Of a stretch of 64,000 bases of DNA, positions 47,519 to 58,753 are shown piece by piece (positions within the stretch are counted from its first letter, which is position 1; each line of letters opens with the position of its first letter). The position numbers and the translations under genes are program-made. Source of the DNA: a bacterium (lineage in GTDB: Bacteria; Zhuqueibacterota; Zhuqueibacteria; Residuimicrobiales; Krinioviventaceae). Under the pieces are notes generated by a model. That model was not told where the DNA came from. It ran no database searches and saw nothing but the letters and a program-made list of their open reading frames with translations. The stretch covers positions 288,001 through 352,000 of the forward strand of contig CAXXMD010000002.1 of the NCBI GenBank assembly GCA_963675755.2, given 5' to 3'.

Positions 47519-48685
47519 ATGAAATTTTGTTCAATATTTTTGATTTCAATTCTCATTTCAGGAATTTTACTTGCACAGGATTTTGGTGTACCTGATCCTG
47601 AACCAATAACGGATTTACCAGTATTCTGGAAAAGTACACTGGATGATATTAATAGCGAGATTAATGATGTCACAAAAGGAAAGACGTCAATTGTGTCCCA
47701 ATCTCCAGGCGGATTTCCCGTTTATTTGGTAACCTATGGTACAAAACAGGATTTTAAACATCAAGCCAATTACAACTCGGCAGTAGCTGCAAGAAATCCT
47801 GCATATTATGCCCAAAAAGACAGTACAAAACAACCGGTATTGTTTTTCCTCGGTCCGGTTCATGGTCAAGAGATGGAGAATATTGTAGGGTTATTAAATT
47901 TTATCCATGTTTTAGAAACAGGTAAAGACTATCGCGGAAAAGCCTGGCCTGAGCTGGTAGATAAAGCAGAACAATGTCGTATTTTGATCATTCCCTGTGC
48001 AAATCCGGATGGGCGTCGGCGTTGTCAATACGATACATTTCTGGGGCTGCCAACTAAAACCATGACCAAGTATGGGCAGGGTACCCGTAAAGATGGATCT
48101 TTGTACGGTTGGCCTGGTGCCAAAGCTGTACATCCCATGCGGGGTGATGTTGGAATTTTGGGTGCTTATTTTAATGACAATGGCATCAACATCATGCACG
48201 ACGAGTTTTTCAATCCCATGACTCAGGAAACCCGGGCTATCATGAATATTGCCCGTATGGAAGCTCCTGATATAATTGTTTCTCTACATTCCCATGAAAA
48301 CAAACCCATGGTGCTGCAGCCCAATTATGAACCCGTTTATATCAAAAAAAGGATTACTGCTTTTTCGGAACAATTGAGGCACCGCTTTGAAGAAAAAGGA
48401 CTGCCTTTTTCTGAATGGGGAGCAATGCAGAAAGAATCTATTGAACGACCTGAAGATGCAGAATTTCCACCCCGAAACAGTTTTAATCTCACCAGCGCTT
48501 TACATCACACATGTGGAGCCATGGTATTTACCTTTGAATGTCCCCATGGATGTGTGGGAAAACCGGAAACCAAACCCATTGTTAGCTGGGAAGACATTCT
48601 GGATATCCAATTGAATCTGTATGCTGAAATGATTGACTATGTTTTGCAAAATAAACCGCTTTGGGAGATTCCGGAAAACAACTAG
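47519..48685 (+). CDS. M14 family zinc carboxypeptidase/deacylase-like secreted protein
   Basis: HGQE, NPDG, SLH, FTFECP zinc/catalytic motifs; signal peptide. Confidence 0.8.
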   Translation: MKFCSIFLISILISGILLAQDFGVPDPEPITDLPVFWKSTLDDINSEINDVTKGKTSIVSQSPGGFPVYLVTYGTKQDFKHQANYNSAVAARNPAYYAQKDSTKQPVLFFLGPVHGQEMENIVGLLNFIHVLETGKDYRGKAWPELVDKAEQCRILIIPCANPDGRRRCQYDTFLGLPTKTMTKYGQGTRKDGSLYGWPGAKAVHPMRGDVGILGAYFNDNGINIMHDEFFNPMTQETRAIMNIARMEAPDIIVSLHSHENKPMVLQPNYEPVYIKKRITAFSEQLRHRFEEKGLPFSEWGAMQKESIERPEDAEFPPRNSFNLTSALHHTCGAMVFTFECPHGCVGKPETKPIVSWEDILDIQLNLYAEMIDYVLQNKPLWEIPENN

Positions 48686-48688
48686 TAT

Positions 48689-48727
48689 AAAAAAAGCCCG
48701 GTGTTAATGATGACCGGGCTTTTTTTA
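48689..48727. terminator. Bidirectional terminator
   Basis: AAAAAAAGCCCGGT...ACCGGGCTTTTTTT between convergent genes. Confidence 0.8.
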
Positions 48728-48728
48728 A

Positions 48729-49700
48729 TTATGATTTGAATTTGCGTGTTACAGGATCAATTTTTAATATCTCTGCTATTGTATGTCCCCACATTTTCTT
48801 ACGGTCATTGTCCGGTACATTATTCGCATCCAGCATCATCTGAAATCGTTCTATATTGCTTTTTAATCCGGTTGGTTTTTCATCCGTACCGAACAGAATA
48901 TGTTCCCATGCTCCGGGACCGCCTTTGAGTGTGTGAGGATTGTTTTCAGATTCATCATCACTCCACCAAAGAATTTCACTCATACGTTCCAGTTTGCCTA
49001 GTTTGATGAACTTTAATAGTGTTGAACCGGTTACATCAAAGTATAATGTAGGGTTCCATCTTGCAGCTTCCGCGGCTTCATCATACCAAGGATTGCCCAA
49101 ATGTGCACCTTGAACAGTTAACCTTGGGAACTGACGACAAATGGTATCCAGATATATGGGACGCATTCTCGCGGTAGATCCCCATTGGGGTTCATCTGTG
49201 ATACGATGTGAGGAAATACCAGTGTGGAACAATAGATGGAATCCCAGTTCCTCGCACAATCGATAAATGTGAAAATAGGAGGGATCGTCATAATTTTTTT
49301 GCGGACTGTGAAATTTCATGCCCACAAAACCATTCTTTTTAAAATCCTCAATTTCACGTACCGCATTTACATCATCAAGGTTTACCCGGCCATACCCAAT
49401 GAAAATTTCGGGGTGCGATTTCATGGCATCTATCATTAACTGCATATCTTTATGCCAGGTCAGCACACATGCCATGGCTTTATAGGGCTTATAGTTGGTC
49501 ACCATATCTCTGACCCACTGATCATTGCTGCCACAATGGATATGAGAATCAATAATGAAATCCGGGATCTTGAAATCCTTTTTTTCTTCTGCAGCCTGAG
49601 ATTCACCTGGCTGGGTTATTATGCCCGCGGCTGCGGCTACTGCTGTATATTTGGCGGTTCTGGAGAAAAAATCACGTCTTGCTAATTTTTCATCATTCAT
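48729..49700 (-). CDS. Tat-exported amidohydrolase_2 family protein
   Basis: ARRDFF Tat motif; DSHIH, GMKFH, FHTG, AHLG, FGTD. Confidence 0.88.
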   Translation of the reverse strand: MNDEKLARRDFFSRTAKYTAVAAAAGIITQPGESQAAEEKKDFKIPDFIIDSHIHCGSNDQWVRDMVTNYKPYKAMACVLTWHKDMQLMIDAMKSHPEIFIGYGRVNLDDVNAVREIEDFKKNGFVGMKFHSPQKNYDDPSYFHIYRLCEELGFHLLFHTGISSHRITDEPQWGSTARMRPIYLDTICRQFPRLTVQGAHLGNPWYDEAAEAARWNPTLYFDVTGSTLLKFIKLGKLERMSEILWWSDDESENNPHTLKGGPGAWEHILFGTDEKPTGLKSNIERFQMMLDANNVPDNDRKKMWGHTIAEILKIDPVTRKFKS

Positions 49701-49720
49701 GTTGTCACCTCTGTTTTATA

Positions 49721-51079
49721 CTACAAACTTGCCGGAGGTATATCTGTAATTTCTTCGTTTTGCCGGTCCCAATATAATTTTTTACCAGTACGGTATGCCT
49801 GTGTTGCCATTGCAGCGCCAACCGAATGCCAGAATCCCGTATGGATGTGTCCATTGGTCATAAAGTTTCTACTACGCATGCAATCAATCCAATTATCCAG
49901 ATGCGGTTTGCTGTCATCACTTTGGGAAGGTGGTGGTACATTATTGTTTCCTTCTATGGTAACCAATTCTGCACGACCATTTTGTACTGCCTCTTTAAAG
50001 CCTTCATAAAAACGATATCGACCAGATTTGTTTCCGCCTTCAGGAATCAAGAACCAACGCGGACTTCCTTCACCACCATCCGAAAAGAGCGTTGCTTCTT
50101 TTCCGCGAATTACCGAGTAATCGCCAAACAAGTTGCCATAAGTCGAGTTGTATGAATAGAGAAAATTCTGATCTTCATATGTTGCCAGAGCCTGAAAAGT
50201 ATCCGGATTTTGCCGGATGTCCGGCCATGAGAAAATGCCGCCACTTGCTACCATGGTATCCGGAATTGCGGTATCCATAAAAAAGTGGACCAAACCAATA
50301 CCGTGGCTCATCCATTGACTGGTAATGCCGCCTGAATAGTCCCTAAAAATTCTGAATTCAAAATACGCCCATGGATTAAAGGGTTGATAGGGTTTGTTCA
50401 GTAACCATCTGTTCCAATCCGTATCCTCTTCCCGAATTGCAGCAACGTCCGGATCACCGGGTTCATGCCAGCGATGGTTGTTGTCATTCCAGCATTGTTC
50501 CACTTTGGATATTTCTCCCAATCTTCCTGAACGGATAATCTCTCTGACCTTGAGATGATAGGGATCAGAAACCCATTGAGAACCCATTTGTACAACTTGA
50601 TTTGAATTTAATACCGCTTTTCGAGCATACTTTGCTTCTTCAATATCCAACGCCATGGGCTTTTCACAATAACAGTCTTTGCCAGCCTGAACGACCTCTG
50701 CCAGGATGTAGCCATGTTGAAAATCACCGGTGGCGATCATGACGCCATCCAAATCTTTCATAGCAAGCATATCTTCAGAATATTGAAATTGTTTTACATC
50801 CGTATCAAATCTTTTTTTACAATCTGCCGCTGCTTTTTCCCTGTTGTTTTTCCAGATATCGCATACGGCAACAACGCCAAGGTTTTTATCTTTTGTTGAT
50901 GTTTCAACCATACTGCGGTGACCTCTGCTGCGTGCACCACAACCGAGAAAACCAATATTGATCCTGTCGTTTGCGCCTTTAACTTTAGCGTATGATTTTG
51001 CGCTCATGGCAGTAACCGCTCCCGCAACACCCAAAGCGGATTTGTTGATGAAACCGCGTCGACTCAATTCTTTAGTCAT
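49721..51079 (-). CDS. Tat-exported Gfo/Idh/MocA oxidoreductase
   Basis: SRRGF Tat motif; GFLGCGAR, CEKP, QMGSQ, W..FR.F.DYSGG..W..H. Confidence 0.92.
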   Translation of the reverse strand: MTKELSRRGFINKSALGVAGAVTAMSAKSYAKVKGANDRINIGFLGCGARSRGHRSMVETSTKDKNLGVVAVCDIWKNNREKAAADCKKRFDTDVKQFQYSEDMLAMKDLDGVMIATGDFQHGYILAEVVQAGKDCYCEKPMALDIEEAKYARKAVLNSNQVVQMGSQWVSDPYHLKVREIIRSGRLGEISKVEQCWNDNNHRWHEPGDPDVAAIREEDTDWNRWLLNKPYQPFNPWAYFEFRIFRDYSGGITSQWMSHGIGLVHFFMDTAIPDTMVASGGIFSWPDIRQNPDTFQALATYEDQNFLYSYNSTYGNLFGDYSVIRGKEATLFSDGGEGSPRWFLIPEGGNKSGRYRFYEGFKEAVQNGRAELVTIEGNNNVPPPSQSDDSKPHLDNWIDCMRSRNFMTNGHIHTGFWHSVGAAMATQAYRTGKKLYWDRQNEEITDIPPASL

Positions 51080-51117
51080 TTTCCAACCTCGTATATATAC
51101 AATTGTATTAGTATCAA

Positions 51118-52470
51118 TTACCATTTCCATTTCAATGGGATGTTTACCAGATCAGCTATTTTGATGCGTTCACCCGTTTGAATGGATTTTCTTGCTGCAA
51201 TTCCAATCAGGCTAGACATAACTCCAGCCCGGCTGCCTGCCAGTTTGGATAGGGGATCGGTTTCACCCGGTACAAATAATAATCGTTTCAATTTTGCATC
51301 AGCGCCACCGTGTTCACCTTCTCCTTCTTGCAGAGTCCATTTACGGGATTTACCAAAACTTTCAGAATAGCGCAATTCTGTATCATATTCAACATCCCAG
51401 GCTTGTCTCTGGAAATTGCGTATATCCAATCTGCCGTTTTCACCATTAAAATGAATAGATTGCCCTTCATAAGGAGCATAAGCATTCAAAGTATACGCTA
51501 ATATGACTCCGCTGTTATATTTGACTTCAACTGTCATTGAATCATAGGTATCTATATCATTGTCCCAAACACAACCATCCCGCAGGTAACCGTCAGCATC
51601 TTCATTGTTTACATACAAGTCAACCATGCGTTTACTTTTAGTAATGTCCCAGTAGAATTTACATTTGCTTGTAAAAGGACAGTTTCTGCAATTGCGTCCA
51701 CGGAACGCATTGTTCTTGCCGTAAAAATCGACTTTACCAAAGGCATGAACTTCGACAGGTTCAGCATCCAGCCACCAGTTCATTTGATCAAAATGGTGTG
51801 ATGCCTTGTGAACGAGCAAAGAACCGGAATATCTTGCCTTGCCATGCCATCTTCTGAAATAACTTGCGCCATGATCTATATCCAGATATTCATGATATTC
51901 TGCAGAAATTATTCTGCCCATTTCTCCGGAAAGTATGAATTTCTTAATTTCTTCGGCATATGCTGAATGGCGTGCGTTAAAGGTTGTTGTAACGGTTTTA
52001 CCTGTTCTAATTTCTGCATCCAGTAATTTTTGGCCTTGTTCCGCTTCTGTCGCTAGTGGTTTTTCAGACATGGCGTTGCAACCCAGTTCCAAAGTTTTTA
52101 CAACATATTGTGCGTGAAAACAATCGGGTGTTGTTATAATAACCGTATCCGGTTTGGTTTCCTTTACCATTTTTTCAAAGTCTTTGGCCTGGTAAAGCGG
52201 CGCATTGGTATCAATGTATTTTTGTGCATATTTTACCCGTTTGGGATTTATATCGCACAAACCAACCATTTCAATATGATCGGGTAATTGTTGTAGCAAT
52301 CTGCGTCCCCAGGTTTCGCTTCCGCGTGAACCGGTTCCAATCAATGCAATTCGGGTTTTTTCTGTGGATGCTTGAGCGTTTTTTATAGACCCCATTGCTG
52401 CTGCAGCAGCAACCAGCTTTGTTCCTTGCCCCAAAAATTCTCTGCGTGCCATATTTGATTTTTCAGACAT
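51118..52470 (-). CDS. Tat-exported Gfo/Idh/MocA oxidoreductase (YteT-like)
   Basis: ARREF Tat motif; IGTGSRG, EKP, HGASYFRRWH, HKASHHFD, HGGAD. Confidence 0.92.
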   Translation of the reverse strand: MSEKSNMARREFLGQGTKLVAAAAAMGSIKNAQASTEKTRIALIGTGSRGSETWGRRLLQQLPDHIEMVGLCDINPKRVKYAQKYIDTNAPLYQAKDFEKMVKETKPDTVIITTPDCFHAQYVVKTLELGCNAMSEKPLATEAEQGQKLLDAEIRTGKTVTTTFNARHSAYAEEIKKFILSGEMGRIISAEYHEYLDIDHGASYFRRWHGKARYSGSLLVHKASHHFDQMNWWLDAEPVEVHAFGKVDFYGKNNAFRGRNCRNCPFTSKCKFYWDITKSKRMVDLYVNNEDADGYLRDGCVWDNDIDTYDSMTVEVKYNSGVILAYTLNAYAPYEGQSIHFNGENGRLDIRNFQRQAWDVEYDTELRYSESFGKSRKWTLQEGEGEHGGADAKLKRLLFVPGETDPLSKLAGSRAGVMSSLIGIAARKSIQTGERIKIADLVNIPLKWKW

Positions 52471-52780
52471 TATAGACTCCCTGTAATATGGTTTAATGCC
52501 AATGATTTGTCTAAAAGAAAACAAGAACCAGATATTTATTTATAAAATAAAAATTTAAATTTCTTGTATAAGAACATCTTGATTGCACACAGATATATGT
52601 ATTTAAAATAGCCAATTTGTTATCATGAGTCAAGTATAAATATTGGCACATATTTGAGAAAATTATTTACAATCTGGATTCCATCAGAAATGTGATTTAT
52701 TGATTCATTTATTGCATTCATACAATTAAATGATTATTTTTATTTAATTCATTTATGAAAACACTTCAGTTGGAGGGATT

Positions 52781-53794
52781 TTGAAAAAGTTAACTTTCCT
52801 GCTAATTATCTTTATGATTTCTATTTTATCTTGTAAAAATGAACCTGTTAACAAGGGTAAACCTGCGCCAAAACCATTGTATCGTGATCCCATTTTTGAT
52901 GGTGCTGCTGATCCGGTTATATTGTGGAACCAGCAGGAACAAAAATGGTTCATGTTTTATACCAATCGTAGAGCAAAAGCCGAAGGGGAAACCGGAGTAA
53001 CCTGGGTACATGGTACACGTATTGGTCTTGCCGAATCTTTTGATAATGGAGCCACCTGGAGATACAGGGGTACATGTAAAATCCCTTTACGTACGGATGA
53101 AGATACCCACTGGGCACCGGAAGTTATTGAGCATGAGGGTATATACCACATGTACCTTACTTATGTACCCGGTATTTTTAAAAATTGGGACCATCCCCGT
53201 TATATTGAACATCTTACCAGTACAAACATGATCGACTGGAAATTAGAGTCCCGATTGAATCTGGTTAACGAAAAGGTTATAGATGCATGTGTTTTTCAAT
53301 TACCTGATGGAACCTGGCGTATGTGGTACAATAACGAGATTGACGGTAAATCCATTTATTATGCAGACAGCAAAGATCTTGATACCTGGGAAGATAAAGG
53401 CAAGGCTGTTGGTGACCAGAGTGGGGAAGGCCCCAAGGTTTTTTCATGGCATGATTCCTATTGGATGGTTACAGATGTATGGGATGGTCTTGCACTTTAT
53501 AAATCTGATGATCTGCTTGACTGGAAACGCATGCCCGGAAATTTACTCCAGGGACAGGGTACAGGAAAAGATGATGGTGCAAATGGCCAGCATCCGGATG
53601 TCGTTGTAAATAATGGTAGAGCCTATTTGTTCTATTTTACCCATCCGGGACGAGTTGATTCTATACCCCGTAGTGACTGGTATCAAAAACGACGCAGCTC
53701 CATTCAGGTTGTAGAGCTTTTATACAAAAATGGCGAGATCACATGTGATCGTGATCAAACCACTTTTATTGATCTTTTACCACCAACAAAATAG
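52781..53794 (+). CDS. GH43-like five-bladed beta-propeller glycoside hydrolase lipoprotein
   Basis: TTG start with GGAGG RBS; lipobox LSC; DGAADP, WAPEV, IDAC, EGP, HPDV. Confidence 0.82.
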   Translation: MKKLTFLLIIFMISILSCKNEPVNKGKPAPKPLYRDPIFDGAADPVILWNQQEQKWFMFYTNRRAKAEGETGVTWVHGTRIGLAESFDNGATWRYRGTCKIPLRTDEDTHWAPEVIEHEGIYHMYLTYVPGIFKNWDHPRYIEHLTSTNMIDWKLESRLNLVNEKVIDACVFQLPDGTWRMWYNNEIDGKSIYYADSKDLDTWEDKGKAVGDQSGEGPKVFSWHDSYWMVTDVWDGLALYKSDDLLDWKRMPGNLLQGQGTGKDDGANGQHPDVVVNNGRAYLFYFTHPGRVDSIPRSDWYQKRRSSIQVVELLYKNGEITCDRDQTTFIDLLPPTK

Positions 53795-53825
53795 ATTTAT
53801 TAGAGTTGATATTTTGGAGTTTGAG

Positions 53826-54797
53826 ATGAGAAAAGTATTTGTATTGAGTTTAATCCTGTATTCTATCCTTTTAGCACAACCCAAGGCAGAGAATATAAAT
53901 CTTGATGATATAAAAATGAGAGATGTCTGTATTTTAGCAGACGATGCAACGCAAACTTATTATATGATTGGGCCCGCATGGCGCAATGGTGTTAGAGTAT
54001 ACACCAGTAAGGATTTAAAAAACTGGTATGGACCTACTGTAATTTTTCAGGCTCCTGATGATATTTGGGGGGATATTGAAATTCGTGGTATCTGGGCACC
54101 CGAGTTGCATAAATACAAAGGGAAATATTACCTTTTTCTCACTTTTAATACCAATAACGAGTTCCCAGAACAATGGCGTGACTGGCTACCAAGAGTTACC
54201 CGCGGATCTCAGATACTTGTGGCTGATTCTCCCATGGGGCCTTATAAGCCCTTTCAAAATCGTTCTACACTTCCACCAGATATGATGACTCTGGATGGCA
54301 CTCTTTGGGAAGAGGATGGCACTCCTTTTATGGTATTTTGTCATGAATGGGTACAAATCAAAGATGGTACTGTGGAATATGTACAGCTGAAAGAAGATCT
54401 GTCAGAAATTATAGGTGAGCCTAAACGTCTATTTGATGGTAGTGATGCTGTCTGGAGTAAAAAATCCCAGCAATATGGATGTCATGTGACTGATGGTCCT
54501 TACCTCTATACAGGCAAGACAGGTAAACTTTATATGATCTGGACTAGCGGTGGATATACCAGATATACGTGTGGTATTGCTATTTCACCATCAGGCAAGC
54601 TGGAAGGTCCCTGGGAGCAACAGGAAGAACCTTTGTATGGTGAGGATGGCGGTCATGGTATGCTGTTTACTACATTTGACGGCAAACTGATGATGGTATT
54701 ACATTCACCCAATAACCGGGATGCGCAACCCAGACTTTTTGAACTGGAAGATACAGGTGAAACCTTAAAGGTTGTTACACCTTTTACTGGTCGTTAA
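53826..54797 (+). CDS. GH43 family glycoside hydrolase
   Basis: Signal peptide; RD, WAPELH..KGKYYLF, LDGTL, TDGP, GGHGM. Confidence 0.9.
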   Translation: MRKVFVLSLILYSILLAQPKAENINLDDIKMRDVCILADDATQTYYMIGPAWRNGVRVYTSKDLKNWYGPTVIFQAPDDIWGDIEIRGIWAPELHKYKGKYYLFLTFNTNNEFPEQWRDWLPRVTRGSQILVADSPMGPYKPFQNRSTLPPDMMTLDGTLWEEDGTPFMVFCHEWVQIKDGTVEYVQLKEDLSEIIGEPKRLFDGSDAVWSKKSQQYGCHVTDGPYLYTGKTGKLYMIWTSGGYTRYTCGIAISPSGKLEGPWEQQEEPLYGEDGGHGMLFTTFDGKLMMVLHSPNNRDAQPRLFELEDTGETLKVVTPFTGR

Positions 54798-54946
54798 TTA
54801 TTTTTCCCCTTTTTTGGGGTTCTGAACTTGCTATATACGTATTGAACTAAAAAATAAAAGTTTATACTTGTGTTGTATTGTATAATTTGTATTTTAATTT
54901 TATAGAGTGTATATGGGTAGTTGAATATCGGTTCCAGGGAGTGGAT

Positions 54947-57340
54947 ATGAAACCGGGTTTCAAGATCGTTTTATCAAGCTTTTGTTTTGGCATAGTTTTC
55001 TGGATAGCAGACAGTTTTATTGATTATTACTTTTTTTACAAGCAACCCTTTCTGGATTTGTTTATTTTATCTATTCCTCCTATTGAAATCTTTAAACGAA
55101 CAATGGTTTTTTTATTGTTTACCCTCTTTGGCTTTTTTATTTCACTGGTTTTAAAAAAACGATCGATTGTTGAAAAAGAAGTTTTAAAATTTAAAACCAT
55201 TTCCGATAATGCAATGCATGGCAATGCTATCAGTGATATGGATGGCAATCTGGTTTATGTTAATGAATACTTTGCTAAAATACATGGTTACAATGCTGAT
55301 GAATTGTTGGGGAAAAACCTGTCTGTTTTACATAATCAAGATCAATTAAATCCGGTTTATTATACAATTGAATCAATAAAAAATAAAGGGTATTTTGATA
55401 TTACCGAAATTTGGCATACCCATAAAGATGGTCATACATTTCCCATGCTAATGAATGGTATGGTTATTAACAATATAATGGGTGAACCTGAATTTATGGC
55501 TGCAACTGCCATTGATATTTCTGATCGAGTTCATGTTCAAGAGGAGTTGAAAAAGAATCAACGTAAGCATTCAGCAATGCTTGAAAATATTTCTGATGTC
55601 ATTGTAATTATTGATAAAGATGCTATTATACGATATAGCAGCCCTAATGTTGAAAAGTGGTTTGGCTGGAATGCTCATGAGGCGATTGGTAGACATGCTT
55701 TAGATTATATCTATCCGGATGATCATGATAAAACAATTGAATTTATCAAAAAAATACAATCGAAAAAAGGTGCAATTGAAGAATATATTTGTCGGTATAA
55801 TTTAAAAGATGGAACTTTTAAATGGGTCAAATTCATTGCGAACAACTTGTTACATGATCCAAACATCGACGGGATATTGGTCAGTTATCATGATATTACA
55901 GATCGATTTAATGAAGAAATTAAGCAAAAAATTTCAAAAATCAGGTGGATACAAGCCCAAAGAATAGCTAAAATTGGTCATTGGGAGTATGATATAATTA
56001 ATGACTGTATTTGGGGTTCTGTCGAAGCTTTTAAAATTTATGGAATACCTCTGGATCTTGAAACAAATCCGGATCAGATATTATCTTTAAAAGCTGTTGA
56101 AGATTGTATTCCGGATACGGAACGGGTTCATCAAGCACTGGTTGATTTAATTACAACTAATAAACATTATGAACTCGAATACAAAGTAGTAAGAGCTGAT
56201 AATGGTAAAGAAATAATTATCTATTCACGTGCTGATTTGTTTTTTGATTCAGATAATAACCCTACCAAAGTTATTGGTACCATACAAGACATAAGTGCTC
56301 GAAAGAAAATTGAAGAATATTTGCGAGAAAATAACCAAAAAATGGAAGGTATTTTCCGTGCAGCTCCCATTGGGATTGGTGTTACCGTAAATCGAGAAAT
56401 CTTGCAAGTAAACGACTTTTTTTGTGAAATGCTTGGTTATTCAACTGAAGAACTTGTCGGCCAAAATGCAAGTATTATTTATAAATCAAAAGAAGATTAT
56501 GAATATGTTGGCAGAGAAAAATATAAGCAAATTCAGGAAAAAGGTACCGGGAGTGTTGAAACACAAATGAAATGCAAAAATGAAAAAATAATTGATGTTT
56601 TTCTAAGTTCAACCCCCATTGAAATATCAGATATATCACACGGTGTTGTGTTTACTGCAATGGATATTACAAAACGAAAAAAAGATGCAGAGCAAATTCA
56701 ACAGGATTTACAAGAAAAACAGGTTTTATTAAAGGAAATTCATCACCGAGTGAAAAACAATCTTCAGGTTATCAGCAGTCTTTTGAATTTACAATCGGAC
56801 AAAATTGATGATAGTGAAATCGCCGTAGTTTTTAATGAAAGCAAGAACCGTATATACTCAATGGCATTGGTACATGAACAACTTTATAAATCAGATGATT
56901 TGGCTTGTATTGATATGAAATATTATATCGAAAGATTAACAAGAGATCTTAAAAATTCATTTGCTCCCTTGAAGGATATTGAATATAAAATTAATGTAGA
57001 AAATGTATTTTTTGATATAAATCAAGCCATTCCCTGTGGATTATTGTTAAATGAATTGATCAGTAACGCGTTCAAACATGCTTTTCCTAATGGCGATAAA
57101 GGTGCAATAAATATTTCTCTGGTTTTGCATAATGAAACAGATTGCAAGTTAACAGTACAGGATGATGGTGTTGGCATTCCAAATGATTTTGATATTGAGA
57201 AATCTGATTCATTAGGCATGAGTTTAATTTATATGTTGACGAAACAACTTGGTGGAAACTTGACAGTAGAGAATGATAGTGGAACGAAATTTTTAATAAA
57301 TATAAATAAAGAAAATCCCTCCAAAGCGATTTTATTTTAA
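54947..57340 (+). CDS. Membrane multi-PAS sensor histidine kinase (HisKA_2/HWE type)
   Basis: Two N-terminal TMs, about four PAS domains, EIHHRVKNNLQ, NELISNAFKHAF, DDGVG, SLG. Confidence 0.93.
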   Translation: MKPGFKIVLSSFCFGIVFWIADSFIDYYFFYKQPFLDLFILSIPPIEIFKRTMVFLLFTLFGFFISLVLKKRSIVEKEVLKFKTISDNAMHGNAISDMDGNLVYVNEYFAKIHGYNADELLGKNLSVLHNQDQLNPVYYTIESIKNKGYFDITEIWHTHKDGHTFPMLMNGMVINNIMGEPEFMAATAIDISDRVHVQEELKKNQRKHSAMLENISDVIVIIDKDAIIRYSSPNVEKWFGWNAHEAIGRHALDYIYPDDHDKTIEFIKKIQSKKGAIEEYICRYNLKDGTFKWVKFIANNLLHDPNIDGILVSYHDITDRFNEEIKQKISKIRWIQAQRIAKIGHWEYDIINDCIWGSVEAFKIYGIPLDLETNPDQILSLKAVEDCIPDTERVHQALVDLITTNKHYELEYKVVRADNGKEIIIYSRADLFFDSDNNPTKVIGTIQDISARKKIEEYLRENNQKMEGIFRAAPIGIGVTVNREILQVNDFFCEMLGYSTEELVGQNASIIYKSKEDYEYVGREKYKQIQEKGTGSVETQMKCKNEKIIDVFLSSTPIEISDISHGVVFTAMDITKRKKDAEQIQQDLQEKQVLLKEIHHRVKNNLQVISSLLNLQSDKIDDSEIAVVFNESKNRIYSMALVHEQLYKSDDLACIDMKYYIERLTRDLKNSFAPLKDIEYKINVENVFFDINQAIPCGLLLNELISNAFKHAFPNGDKGAINISLVLHNETDCKLTVQDDGVGIPNDFDIEKSDSLGMSLIYMLTKQLGGNLTVENDSGTKFLININKENPSKAILF

Positions 57341-57479
57341 CTTTATAAAAAAGCTTTTAATTGTATTTTTTATATTTCATCTACTTGTTCCCATTAATCA
57401 AAAATTTCTCGTAATCGTTAGTATATTGTTAAATAATTACTATATTTTGTAATCAATCAAAATTATTTTTTTCAGGGAT

Positions 57480-58706
57480 ATGAAAATGAAAAGAATCAAG
57501 GCAGTTGTACAATCCATCGGTCCGGGATTCATCACTGCTTCAGTCGTTCTGGGACCCGGTAGTATAGCAGTTGCTTCGCGAATTGGTTCAGTTTATGGAT
57601 ACGCTTTATTGTGGATCATATTAATAGCTGCGATTAGCATGGGTGCATTTACTGCCATGAGTACAAGATTTGCAATTGCAACTGATCGTTCTATTTTAGA
57701 AACAATTAAAAGTGAATACGGAAAAGGATTTACTATACTCATTGGTATTTCAGCTTTTATGGCAGCTGCCAGTTTTCAATTTGGCAATAATCTGGGCATA
57801 GCCACAGCCATGCAGGGATTAACAGGTATTGGAACATTTATCTGGCCTCTTGTTTTTACGCCATTGGGTTTGGTCCTTTTATTTTGGGCTAAAAATGTAT
57901 ATTCAATTATTGAAAAATTAATGATGGTTCTAGTAATGATCATGATCCTGGCTTTTATAACCAATTTGTTTTTTGTAAAACCCCACCTCTTTCATGTCTT
58001 GAAAGGATTTAATCCTTTCTCATTTCAAACCCGTCAGTTAGATGAAATCGCCGCACTGGTTGCAACAACATTTAGCTTGAATGCTTGTATATACCAGTCA
58101 TATCTGGTAAGCAATAAAGGATGGAAATTCAAAGATCTCAAAGCCAGTATGCGTGATACAATCGCAGGCATAACTGTATTAGGTTTAATATCAAGCTTTA
58201 TTATCATAACTTCAGCAACTGCGTTAAAACCCCAGGGAATTACCGTTGCAACGGCAGGGGATATGGCTATTCAACTTGAATCCTTGTTTGGAAGTTCTGC
58301 TAAATATATTTTCAGTTTGGGATTGTGTGCCGCAGCGTTTTCTTCACTGTTAGTAAATGCTGTTATTGGTGGCGGTCTTTTGTCAGACAGTCTGGGATAT
58401 GGGCGATCCATGCAGGATAAAGTACCTAAAATATTGTCAGCTGTCATTATGCTAATTGGTATGACAATAGCTGTTTTTTTTAGAGGAAACATTGTCTATG
58501 CTCTGGTTATGGCCCAGGCATCTTCCTTGCTGGCAATACCCTCTGTGGGACTGGGATTGTTTTTAATTGCCAATAATAAAAAGGTAATGGGCAATTTAAG
58601 AAATACTACAACACAAAATGTTTTTGCTTTGTTTGGATTTGTGTTAATAATCATTATGGTGATATATATGTTTTTCAAATTGTTCAAAATGATCCAGGGA
58701 TTATAA
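57480..58706 (+). CDS. NRAMP-superfamily transporter (non-canonical, GPGS in place of DPGN)
   Basis: About 11 TMs; IGPGFITASVVLGPGSI, FQFGN, AAFSS. Confidence 0.85.
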   Translation: MKMKRIKAVVQSIGPGFITASVVLGPGSIAVASRIGSVYGYALLWIILIAAISMGAFTAMSTRFAIATDRSILETIKSEYGKGFTILIGISAFMAAASFQFGNNLGIATAMQGLTGIGTFIWPLVFTPLGLVLLFWAKNVYSIIEKLMMVLVMIMILAFITNLFFVKPHLFHVLKGFNPFSFQTRQLDEIAALVATTFSLNACIYQSYLVSNKGWKFKDLKASMRDTIAGITVLGLISSFIIITSATALKPQGITVATAGDMAIQLESLFGSSAKYIFSLGLCAAAFSSLLVNAVIGGGLLSDSLGYGRSMQDKVPKILSAVIMLIGMTIAVFFRGNIVYALVMAQASSLLAIPSVGLGLFLIANNKKVMGNLRNTTTQNVFALFGFVLIIIMVIYMFFKLFKMIQGL

Positions 58707-58753
58707 GTGAAATTTTGTAAATCTAATTGATTTAATTATCTAGTATTCTAGAG

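Noticed and set aside
52644-52660. Possible sigma54 promoter TGGCACATATTTGAG upstream of GH43
   Set aside because: Spacing is GG-N9-GA, not the obligatory N10.
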